Shown here: one piece after another, positions 1 to 6,764 of the stretch
Layout: each line of letters starts with the position of its first letter
Numbering within the stretch: position 1 is the stretch's first letter
Assembly (NCBI GenBank): GCA_963704705.1
Contig: OY969931.1
Span: forward strand, 210,001 to 242,000
Direction: 5' to 3'
Length of the DNA stretch: 32,000 nt
DNA from: an uncultured bacterium
GTDB taxonomy: Bacteria; Patescibacteriota; Gracilibacteria; UBA1369; PNNO01
Translations under genes and position numbers: made by a program
Notes under the pieces: generated by a model
What the model was told of the DNA's origin: nothing
The model's database searches: none
The model's input: only the letters and a program-made list of their open reading frames with translations

Positions 1-131
1 TCAACCATGGTTTTATCAAGTTCTTCTTTGGTGATATAAAAAGCTTTATCAAAGTGAGCATGACAATTAACAAAACCGCCATTTTGTTTAACAGCTTCCA
101 AGAATTGTGATTTTAAATCCCATTTTTGCAT
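1..131 (-). CDS. N-terminal fragment of a gene continuing off the left edge; possible amidohydrolase-fold enzyme
   Basis: Absent from the ORF track because it is open at the window edge. The reverse strand from ATG 131..129 reads MQKWDLKSQFLEAVKQNGGFVNCHAHFDKAFYITKEELDKTMV with no stop down to nt 1. The CHAH (HxH) element near the N-terminus is typical of metal-dependent amidohydrolases. The function is a guess from 43 residues. Confidence 0.4.
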   Translation of the reverse strand, partial: MQKWDLKSQFLEAVKQNGGFVNCHAHFDKAFYITKEELDKTMV

Positions 132-201
132 ATCTTTTTTTTAATAATTTTCGAGTTTATTTTATATAAAAAAAACAACTATAGCTAGTTATCTCTTAAA
201 A

Positions 202-277
202 TGGTGGGTCATACTGGATTCGAACCAGTGACCTTCTCCTTAAAAGGGAGCCGCTCTACCTGCTGAGCTAATGACCC
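202..277 (-). tRNA. tRNA-Lys (anticodon UUU), CCA encoded
   Basis: The reverse complement GGGTCATTAGCTCAGCAGGTAGAGCGGCTCCCTTTTAAGGAGAAGGTCACTGGTTCGAATCCAGTATGACCCACCA folds as a cloverleaf. It has a perfect 7-bp acceptor stem (GGGTCAT/ATGACCC), a GCTC/GAGC D stem, anticodon loop CTTTTAA, T arm ACTGG-TTCGAAT-CCAGT, discriminator A and an encoded CCA. Confidence 0.93.
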
Positions 278-295
278 AAAAAAGATTGCTTCACC

Positions 296-324
296 ATTCT
301 ACGAATACTTAACCTTTAGCGCAA
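296..324 (-). promoter_or_regulatory. Candidate sigma70-type promoter for tRNA-Lys (TTGCGC-N17-TAGAAT)
   Basis: The reverse strand reads cTTGCGC taaaggttaagtattcg TAGAAT. The -35 is at 324..319 and the -10 at 301..296, with a 17-nt spacer. The -10 ends about 18 nt upstream of the mature tRNA 5' end (277). Motif match only. Confidence 0.45.
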
Positions 325-325
325 G

Positions 326-901
326 TTAATTTTCATTTTTCTGTGTAAAAAGGCTGATTCCGAGGAAGCCCAAAGCCGGAAGCATGAACCAAACACTGTA
401 ATGATCAATGAGTAATCGGGCGATATTCGACTGATTGTAAATATCCTGAAAAGCACTGCTTGTAGCAATAGGGTCACCTACAATAAATGATGAACCTGAA
501 ACAAAAATTAAAGCAACACTTACTATTAAACAGGCATTTAAAAACCCGAATAATAAATTTATGGCTAGTTTAAAGCCAATAGGGCCGTCAGTTCTTACGT
601 CTACATCATAGTTGCCTTTAACGGATAAAAGTACAATAAGTACTACAAGCATTATAATTTTAACTAGAGCCGCCGCATCTTCAGGTGTGTTTACATAAAA
701 AAGCTTCATCATTTTCATAAAATTATCTGATAAAGCCAGAGTCTTCCCGAATAAATTACCCACAGCATCAGCAAAAAGTGCTGACATATAAGTAGCGATT
801 ATTACTTTTATATTATTGTTTCTGCCAATAATCAAACTGTAGGCAACTACAAGTCCGAAAAATACTATAATTAATAAATCCCACGATAGATTTACATTCA
901 T
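326..901 (-). CDS. Small polytopic membrane protein, CvpA-like (colicin V production family) by architecture
   Basis: Track ORF of 191 aa. There are four to five hydrophobic segments. The N-terminus WDLLIIVFFGLVVAYSLIIGRNNNIKVIIATYMSALFA resembles the first two helices of CvpA-family proteins. The family call is tentative. Confidence 0.4.
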   Translation of the reverse strand: MNVNLSWDLLIIVFFGLVVAYSLIIGRNNNIKVIIATYMSALFADAVGNLFGKTLALSDNFMKMMKLFYVNTPEDAAALVKIIMLVVLIVLLSVKGNYDVDVRTDGPIGFKLAINLLFGFLNACLIVSVALIFVSGSSFIVGDPIATSSAFQDIYNQSNIARLLIDHYSVWFMLPALGFLGISLFTQKNEN

Positions 902-955
902 GCTTTTAATTTAGATCAATATTTATAGTATAACATCATACAAAATTTGGCAAGA

Positions 956-2092
956 TTATCCAAAAAGCCCTTTTTTATTTTCTTTAATATTAAGTTTTGC
1001 TTCTGTTGCAAGCTCTTCATAAAGTTCTTTTTCTTTTTTTGTAAGTTTTGCAGGTACATCCAAAATTATTTTAATATAGTGATCTCCCTTTAGCGATGTA
1101 TTAAGTCTCGGCATTCCATAACCCTTTAATTTAAAAACTTTTCCACTGCTTGTGCCTGCAGGAATTTTTAATTTAACTTTTTCATAAACCGTTGGAACTT
1201 CAATTTCGTCTCCAAGAACCCCTTGTAGTAAATGAATTTTTTGTTCCGTATGAATATCATCTCCGCTTCTTACAAATTCTTTGTGAGATTCTACATTAAT
1301 ATGTAAATATAAATCTCCGTAATCTCCGCCTTTAAGTCCTGCTTCACCTTTGCCGCTCAATCTAATTGTTGAATCATCATTTATTCCGGCTGGAATTTTA
1401 ACTTTTACTCTTTCTTTTTTTCTTATTCTGGTTGTGCCGTGACAAACACTGCATTTTTTTTCTGGAGTTCTTCCTTCGCCATGGCATACGTCGCAGGTTC
1501 TTGAAGTAGCTATTTGGCCAAGTAAAGTCTGGCGAATTTCTTTGATTTCACCTGTGCCGTTACATAATGCACATGTGACAATTTTGCTTCCGGGTTCAGC
1601 ACCGGTAGCTTTGCAATGATCACATTTTTCCGCTTTTGTTATTTCAAGTTCACGCTCTGTACCTGTTACACTTTCTTCAAATTTAATTTTGATATTGGCT
1701 TCTATGTCTTCTCCTCTAACAGGTCCTCCTGCACGCGATCTTGTTCTTGAGCTAGAGCCGCCACTAAAAAATGTTTCAAAAATATCAGCAAAACCACCTC
1801 CCATATTTGAAAAATCAAATCCCTGAGCATTAAAGCCTGAATATCCCTGAGCACCGCCATAACCGCCACCTGCACCCTGAGATTGACCAAACTGGTCATA
1901 ATAAGTACGTTTTTTATTGTCCGACAGGGTTTCGTAAGCTTCACTCACTTGTTTGAATTTTGCTTCTGCACTTTTATCTCCTTTATTTTTATCAGGATGA
2001 TATTTTTGCGCTAATTTTCTGTAAGCTTTTTTAATTTCCTGGTCATTAGCGCCTTTGCTTATTCCTAGAATTTCGTAATAATCTTTAGCCAT
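956..2092 (-). CDS. dnaJ: Molecular chaperone DnaJ (type I Hsp40)
   Basis: The J domain is [33 protein letters not shown] with the HPD tripeptide. A Gly/Phe-rich linker follows. There are four CxxCxGxG zinc-finger repeats ([32 protein letters not shown]) and a C-terminal substrate-binding domain. Confidence 0.97.
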   Translation of the reverse strand: MAKDYYEILGISKGANDQEIKKAYRKLAQKYHPDKNKGDKSAEAKFKQVSEAYETLSDNKKRTYYDQFGQSQGAGGGYGGAQGYSGFNAQGFDFSNMGGGFADIFETFFSGGSSSRTRSRAGGPVRGEDIEANIKIKFEESVTGTERELEITKAEKCDHCKATGAEPGSKIVTCALCNGTGEIKEIRQTLLGQIATSRTCDVCHGEGRTPEKKCSVCHGTTRIRKKERVKVKIPAGINDDSTIRLSGKGEAGLKGGDYGDLYLHINVESHKEFVRSGDDIHTEQKIHLLQGVLGDEIEVPTVYEKVKLKIPAGTSSGKVFKLKGYGMPRLNTSLKGDHYIKIILDVPAKLTKKEKELYEELATEAKLNIKENKKGLFG

Positions 2093-2166
2093 CAGACACG
2101 AGTGTTAATGAGTGTCCCGCGAGCGAATAGAATAATCGCGAGCATAAGTATATATTTTGCTTGGGT

Positions 2167-2195
2167 ATTCTAATTATATATTGAAATAAAATCAA
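2167..2195 (-). promoter_or_regulatory. Candidate sigma70-type promoter for dnaJ (TTGATT-N17-TAGAAT)
   Basis: The reverse strand reads TTGATT ttatttcaatatataat TAGAAT, with the -35 at 2195..2190 and the -10 at 2172..2167. This leaves a leader of roughly 65-70 nt that contains two sets of direct repeats (see findings). Confidence 0.5.
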
Positions 2196-2233
2196 TTATT
2201 AGGTATTAGTTATTAGCAATTAGTAATTGATTT

Positions 2234-2308
2234 GGCCTCATCGTCTAGCGGTTAGGACATCGCCCTCTCACGGCGGAAACAGGGGTTCGATTCCCCTTGG
2301 GGCTACCA
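2234..2308 (+). tRNA. tRNA-Glu (anticodon CUC), CCA encoded
   Basis: GGCCTCATCGTCTAGCGGTTAGGACATCGCCCTCTCACGGCGGAAACAGGGGTTCGATTCCCCTTGGGGCTACCA aligns arm for arm with bacterial tRNA-Glu. It has D stem GTCT/GGAC, anticodon stem TCGCC/GGCGG, loop CTCTCAC and T arm AGGGG-TTCGATT-CCCCT. The acceptor stem has two G-U pairs, including G1-U72. Confidence 0.85.
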
Positions 2309-2374
2309 AGAGCGTAGCGCTGATGGCGCGGAGCTCTTTGGAGTGAGCTTTAGCGAACGAAGCGGAAATATACT

Positions 2375-2435
2375 CGGCAATCTCAGTTTGCCCGGCAAAG
2401 TGGGTTTGCCGACCAAAGTGGGTTTGCCCGGCAAT
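2375..2435 (+). repeat. 18-nt tandem repeat x3.3 generating 13-bp palindromes TTTGCC-C-GGCAAA
   Basis: The units are cggcaatctcagtttgcc (2375-2392), cggcaaagtgggtttgcc (2393-2410), gaccaaagtgggtttgcc (2411-2428) and a partial cggcaat (2429-2435). The unit junctions form tttgcccggcaaa (2387-2399, a perfect palindrome), tttgccgaccaaa (2405-2417, degenerate) and tttgcccggcaat (2423-2435). Confidence 0.85.
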
Positions 2436-2647
2436 TCCCTGAATAACAAACCAAACTTCAGGATTGTCAACTTGATTTTAGAAACAAATTATACTTTTTT
2501 TAGTTTTTTTAAGTGAGATTGGAAGAGATATTAAAAAGCGTCTAAACCTTGGATTAAAGCGAAAAGTAAAGAGTTGCGGCATCAAAAAGAATATTATCTG
2601 ATATTAAAAAAGTCGCTTAGAATAGAGAATAACGCTAAATTGTACCA

Positions 2648-2675
2648 TTGACGAAGCAACTTCATTTGTATAACA
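2648..2675 (+). promoter_or_regulatory. Candidate distal promoter of the S-layer gene (TTGACG ... TATAAC)
   Basis: TTGACG lies at 2648-2653 and TATAAC at 2669-2674. The spacer is 15 nt, or 16 nt if ATAACA with the upstream TG is used. This would give a leader of about 235 nt. Motif match only, and the spacer is short. Confidence 0.35.
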
Positions 2676-2712
2676 TTCACCTGATCATAGCGAAAAAATA
2701 GAAATCCACAGA

Positions 2713-2728
2713 GCTCTCGCAAGAGGGC
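2713..2728 (+). other. GNRA-capped hairpin in the S-layer leader (GCTCTC-GCAA-GAGGGC)
   Basis: A 6-bp stem (one G-U pair) closes a GCAA tetraloop. It is one of the few GC-rich elements in an AT-rich leader. Confidence 0.5.
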
Positions 2729-2785
2729 CTAATCTTACTGCGCGTCATAAACGTATAGATACCTTATTATATATAACACTGCTCA

Positions 2786-2813
2786 TTGAAAATCAGGCGG
2801 AAAAAATTATAAC
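2786..2813 (+). promoter_or_regulatory. Candidate proximal promoter of the S-layer gene (TTGAAA-N16-TATAAC)
   Basis: TTGAAA lies at 2786-2791, followed by a 16-nt spacer and TATAAC at 2808-2813. This is the same -10 hexamer as the distal candidate. It would give a leader of about 95 nt that begins at the GAAA hairpin. Confidence 0.4.
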
Positions 2814-2821
2814 AACAATCC

Positions 2822-2837
2822 GTTACTGAAAAGTAAC
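2822..2837 (+). other. Perfect GNRA-capped hairpin (GTTACT-GAAA-AGTAAC) in the S-layer leader
   Basis: A perfect 6-bp inverted repeat closes a GAAA tetraloop, 78 nt upstream of ATG 2915. Confidence 0.55.
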
Positions 2838-2914
2838 ATTAATATATATGTCTTATAGGTTTGGACATTAAATAAACCAATCATTTTATCAATTATTCTT
2901 AACTTTAGAAAGCC

Positions 2915-5900
2915 ATGGATCTTTCTTTGCGAAACATTCGCAAAAACATCGCTGCTTTCACGTTGCTTGGAATTCTTGCCAGTTTTGTTGTGGCAGGAAC
3001 TGCAAATGCAGCTGTAGCTACCGATGTTTACGGTGACGTTACTGGTACCGAATGGTATTCAGCTGACGTTCAATGGGGACTCGATAACGGGATCCTCGAC
3101 GAATCTCAAGCTTATTTTAGAGCTGGTGATAACGCTACCAGAGCAGAATTCTTCAAGATGACTGCTGCAGGAGCTGGTATCCCAGAAGCTGCTTGTGATG
3201 AAACTTTATTCCCAGATTTAAATGCAGATCACTGGGGATGTGGATGGGTAACTGCCTTAGCTGAAGCTGGAGTTGTTTCTGGTGACGGTGCTAATGCAGC
3301 AACCCCAGGTTATGTAAGACCAAACGACAACATCGTACGTGCGGAAGCAGGTAAAGTTGTAGTTGAAGCTTACGGACTAACTGGATCTTCTCCAGGAACA
3401 GTATTCGACGATGTTGCTGGTACTGAATGGTATTCTGATTATGCAGGTATTGCTTTTGATAACTGTGTATTCCAGGGTGTTGGAAGTACTATGAACCTTG
3501 AAGGAGGACGAAACATTGTTCGTGCTGAAGCTATCGCTGTTGTACACAGAGGTGCTAACCCAACTAGTGACTGTCAAAGTTATGTAGGTCCTACTGGAGC
3601 ACTTACTGTATCAGTTGATGGTTCAACTCCTGCAAGCTCACTAATCCCAAGAAATGCAAGTGGCGTTTCTTACACTGTTTGGGGATTACAAGCTTCTAAC
3701 GATGAAGATGTTAATATCGAAGGACTTTTAGTTCACAGAACTGGTTTAGGTGAAGCTAACGACTTCAAAGAAGTTAGACTTTATGTAAACGGTGTACAAA
3801 AAGGTTCTAAGAAAAATGTTAACACTACTTCTAACGATGCAGATTTTGCTCTTGCAGGTGATGTAATTACTGTTCCTGCAGGTGGAAAACTTCTTGTAGA
3901 AGCTGTTGCTGACATGGATACTTTGAACTCTAACTCAGAGAACGCTCTATGTTTGATGGCTCCTGAATCTGTTACTGCTGTAGGTGCTGATTCTGGTGAA
4001 CCTGTAGTTGTTGGAGGCGCATTCACTGCTTGCGGTAATTATATGTATACAACTTCTGCAACTGTAGGTACTGTTCAATATACAACTACTGACTTTGGTG
4101 GAGATATTAACGTTGGTGATACTGACGTAGATATGACTCGTCTTAGATTGGAAGTTGATGGTGAAGCTGGTATGATCCAGAGAATCACTATGAAACAAAC
4201 CGGAAGTGCTGACCCTGAAGATTTTGCTAATACTATGTGGTATCACAACAATGTTGCTGTTGACGGACTTGATTGTGGATGGGCAGGAGATTTCTGGTCT
4301 TGTGACTTCACTGGTGCTAATCAAACAGTAGCTGATGGAGGTGTATATAATTTGGACCTTCGAACTGACGTTGTAGGTGGTATTGCAAACACTGCTGCTT
4401 TTGACGTTAAGAGAGATACTGATATCTATGTACTTGGAGATCAGTATCATTACGGATTAAATGTAAGTGAAGCTACAGGAAGCACTGCTCCAGCTGCTAG
4501 AAATATAGTTGGCGGACGTCTTGCATTCTCAACTTCAGCTGATAATCCAACTGTTGGTGATGTTGCTCCAAATGCAAATGATCACGAATTCTTAGGATTC
4601 AACATTTCTACAGGAGGTGATTCTGTAGATATCAATCAATTCGATTTAGTTGTGACTTATGATGGTTTATCTCTTGCAGCTAATGAAGTAGATGATCTTA
4701 AAGTATGGAAATGGGACAAAGGAACTGAAAGCTGGAAAATTGCAGCTTCTGGACTAGATCCAGCTAACGGTACATGTACTTTATGGCCGGTTCCTGCTAC
4801 TTGTACTAATACTTACGAAGATGTTATCTCATTACCTGCATCAGGTACTACTCAGTTTATGGCAACTATGGATGTAGATGCTAATGCACCTGATGGAGCT
4901 ACATATGCTGTAGGTATGAATCCTCTAGCTACTGGAGATGCTGAATTTTCAAGTAACGGTGATCCTGTTTCTACAACAGAAATTTCTGGATTACCACTTG
5001 CTGGTAATGCACAAACTGTTGCTCCACCAAACTTAACTGTTGAAAAATCATCAGCTCCTGGTGATCAGACTGTAGTTAAAAACCAGAAAGCTATTGACCT
5101 TGTAGGTTACGATCTTACTGCATCTACTGCTTCTGATCTTACTTTCAGAACATTAGAACTTACTTGTGTTCCTAGTGCTGGTAATTGTGATGATTACTTC
5201 ACTAATCTTGAACTTTATCAAAAAGACGGAGCAAGTTTGTTCTTCCTTGATAATTCAAACTTCTCAGGACAAGTGGCAGTATTCAACAATGTTAACCTTG
5301 ATATAGCAAACGGACAAACTGAAAAAATATTAGCTAGAGCTGATGCTACTTCAAGTCCTGCAACTGGTGTTACAGCTACTATTGAATTAGCAGCTGATAC
5401 TGATATTGCTGCTGATGATGAATTTGGATACGCATTATCTTCTGGAGCGATTGCAGATCAAATTGATGCATGTGTTGCTGGTGGTGAAGGTTGTTTAACT
5501 CCAACTACTGAAGCACCAGTAATTTCATTCGCTAGCAATGGTGCAATCCAGGTTTCTATTGAGGATACATTAGATGACGAAATCGTTCTTGATGGTACTA
5601 ACGATGTGTTAGTTGGAGAAGTAACTATTCGTGAGACATCAGATGCTGAAGGTATTCTTATTAGAAAATTAAGATTAACAAATAATATTGATGGAGTTGG
5701 TTGTGGTACAAGTGGCGTTTCTACTGTTAAAATTCCATATCCAGATGCAACCAATCCATATACTGCAGCTTTACAGGTAAGTGGTATATCTGAATTCTCA
5801 TTTGCTACTACCGGAGACAGAAAAGTATCTGTTCCAAGAGATGGAACAATAACTCTTCCAATATATGTTAATACAAACACTATTGGTGGTTCAGGAACTA

Positions 5901-6679
5901 CTTCCGGAGAATGCGTTGACATGCAGGTTAACTTACTTAATGGTGTTGACTTCAGTTATGACGCTGGCACAATTGATATTGATGCATTAGGCACATCTTC
6001 TGGTGTTCAATTACCTACCGCTGACATAGTTGGTGGTGCTGGATATACTGGAGACGTTTACAGTTCTGGAGCAAATACATTCACTATCAGAAACAACAAA
6101 CCTTCAATCACTACAAATTATGAATTGACTACAGGTCAGGATCTATACGGATTTGGACAAACTCCAAGTGCATCTGATCCAGTTCTTGGATTCAATGTTT
6201 CTGTAGAAGGTACTGATACTATGTCAATGTATGACATTGAACTTAGTGAAGACGGAACTTGTAGCGCATTAGCTACGAACGTACTTCTTTACAGGGAAAC
6301 TGCTTACCTAGCTAACCAGGCAGCTCTTGCTGATGATGGTGGCGATGGAGTATTCGATGCAGCAGACTTTACTAATGGAGTAGGTATTCAGGTAACTGGT
6401 GGTTCTGATAGAAATTATGTAGTTGTAGCTGATACATCTACTGGTGGTTGTGTATTCAACACTACTACACCCGATACACTAGAAGTTTGGATTGGAGACA
6501 ATGGATTCGATGCAGACTATGACAATGATGCTAACGCAGCAACTGGTGATGGTCCATCTGCATTCATTTGGGATGATTCAAAAGTTAATTTAATCCCTGG
6601 TCAAAATGCACCTTGGATTGGTGATACTGGTGTAAATAACGATACAGTCAACGCTGATACTACTATGATCTTCGGATAA
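2915..6679 (+). CDS. S-layer / cell-surface protein with N-terminal triple SLH anchor
   Basis: Track ORF of 1254 aa.
- It has a Sec signal peptide (IAAFTLLGILASFVVAGTANA|AV) and three SLH repeats.
- The remaining ~1040 aa are Thr/Asp/Gly/Val/Ala-rich, Lys-poor and look beta-rich.
- C-ending codons are strongly preferred (aac, gac, ttc, atc, tac), unlike neighbouring genes.
- The only canonical intrinsic terminator in the window follows the gene. Confidence 0.85.
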   Translation: MDLSLRNIRKNIAAFTLLGILASFVVAGTANAAVATDVYGDVTGTEWYSADVQWGLDNGILDESQAYFRAGDNATRAEFFKMTAAGAGIPEAACDETLFPDLNADHWGCGWVTALAEAGVVSGDGANAATPGYVRPNDNIVRAEAGKVVVEAYGLTGSSPGTVFDDVAGTEWYSDYAGIAFDNCVFQGVGSTMNLEGGRNIVRAEAIAVVHRGANPTSDCQSYVGPTGALTVSVDGSTPASSLIPRNASGVSYTVWGLQASNDEDVNIEGLLVHRTGLGEANDFKEVRLYVNGVQKGSKKNVNTTSNDADFALAGDVITVPAGGKLLVEAVADMDTLNSNSENALCLMAPESVTAVGADSGEPVVVGGAFTACGNYMYTTSATVGTVQYTTTDFGGDINVGDTDVDMTRLRLEVDGEAGMIQRITMKQTGSADPEDFANTMWYHNNVAVDGLDCGWAGDFWSCDFTGANQTVADGGVYNLDLRTDVVGGIANTAAFDVKRDTDIYVLGDQYHYGLNVSEATGSTAPAARNIVGGRLAFSTSADNPTVGDVAPNANDHEFLGFNISTGGDSVDINQFDLVVTYDGLSLAANEVDDLKVWKWDKGTESWKIAASGLDPANGTCTLWPVPATCTNTYEDVISLPASGTTQFMATMDVDANAPDGATYAVGMNPLATGDAEFSSNGDPVSTTEISGLPLAGNAQTVAPPNLTVEKSSAPGDQTVVKNQKAIDLVGYDLTASTASDLTFRTLELTCVPSAGNCDDYFTNLELYQKDGASLFFLDNSNFSGQVAVFNNVNLDIANGQTEKILARADATSSPATGVTATIELAADTDIAADDEFGYALSSGAIADQIDACVAGGEGCLTPTTEAPVISFASNGAIQVSIEDTLDDEIVLDGTNDVLVGEVTIRETSDAEGILIRKLRLTNNIDGVGCGTSGVSTVKIPYPDATNPYTAALQVSGISEFSFATTGDRKVSVPRDGTITLPIYVNTNTIGGSGTTSGECVDMQVNLLNGVDFSYDAGTIDIDALGTSSGVQLPTADIVGGAGYTGDVYSSGANTFTIRNNKPSITTNYELTTGQDLYGFGQTPSASDPVLGFNVSVEGTDTMSMYDIELSEDGTCSALATNVLLYRETAYLANQAALADDGGDGVFDAADFTNGVGIQVTGGSDRNYVVVADTSTGGCVFNTTTPDTLEVWIGDNGFDADYDNDANAATGDGPSAFIWDDSKVNLIPGQNAPWIGDTGVNNDTVNADTTMIFG
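3020..3553 (+). other. Three S-layer-homology (SLH) repeats, aa ~36-213
   Basis: The repeats are TDVYGDVTGTEWYSADVQWGLDNGIL...ATRAEFFKM, FPDLNADHWGCGWVTALAEAGVVSG...IVRAEAGKVVVEAYG and FDDVAGTEWYSDYAGIAFDNCVFQG...IVRAEAIAVVHRG. Each has the aromatic-rich start and the TRAE/VRAE core that characterise SLH domains. Confidence 0.8.
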
Positions 6680-6719
6680 TAATTCGAACTGATTAGTAAC
6701 TATCAATGTTGCTTAAAAA

Positions 6720-6746
6720 GCCCCGCCGAAAGGCGGGGCTTTTTTT
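6720..6746. terminator. Bidirectional rho-independent terminator
   Basis: The sequence is aaaaa-GCCCCGCC-gaaa-GGCGGGGC-ttttttt. It has a perfect 8-bp GC stem, a GAAA loop, an A-run upstream and a T-run downstream. It lies between the convergent S-layer gene (+) and the lipoprotein gene (-). Confidence 0.9.
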
Positions 6747-6764
6747 ATACTTAAATATATTTAA

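Noticed and set aside
2085-2108. CIRCE-like heat-shock operator at the dnaJ start (TTAGCCATC-agacac-GAGTGTTAA).
   Set aside because: The spacer is 6 nt rather than 9, the arms are only 6/9 complementary to each other, and the left arm is inside the dnaJ start codon region. It does not meet the TTAGCACTC-N9-GAGTGCTAA consensus.
2375-2435. A mini CRISPR array (regularly spaced repeats).
   Set aside because: The units are directly abutting 18-nt tandem repeats with no unique spacers. They are far shorter than CRISPR repeats, and no cas genes are nearby.
2910-2918. An identical 9-mer aagccatgg around the start codons of the S-layer gene (2910-2918) and the GT2 gene (9971-9979), possibly a shared translation signal.
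   Set aside because: There are only two occurrences of a 9-mer that includes the ATG itself. No other start in the window shares it, so it is most likely chance.
3377-5922. Four nested minus-strand track ORFs inside the S-layer gene (3377-3577, 3781-4026, 3947-4450, 5458-5922).
   Set aside because: They are antisense to a gene with strong codon bias and clear domains. They arise because the GNT/ANT-rich codons avoid stops on the opposite strand, and their products are Ser/Thr/Ile-rich nonsense. The same reasoning applies to the other short ORFs nested in or antisense to dnaJ, ahcY, metK, the GT2 gene, the Wzy_C gene, yibE/F, amrS, amrA, the adenosyltransferase gene, recR, ispDF, pgeF, eno and the 434-aa orphan.
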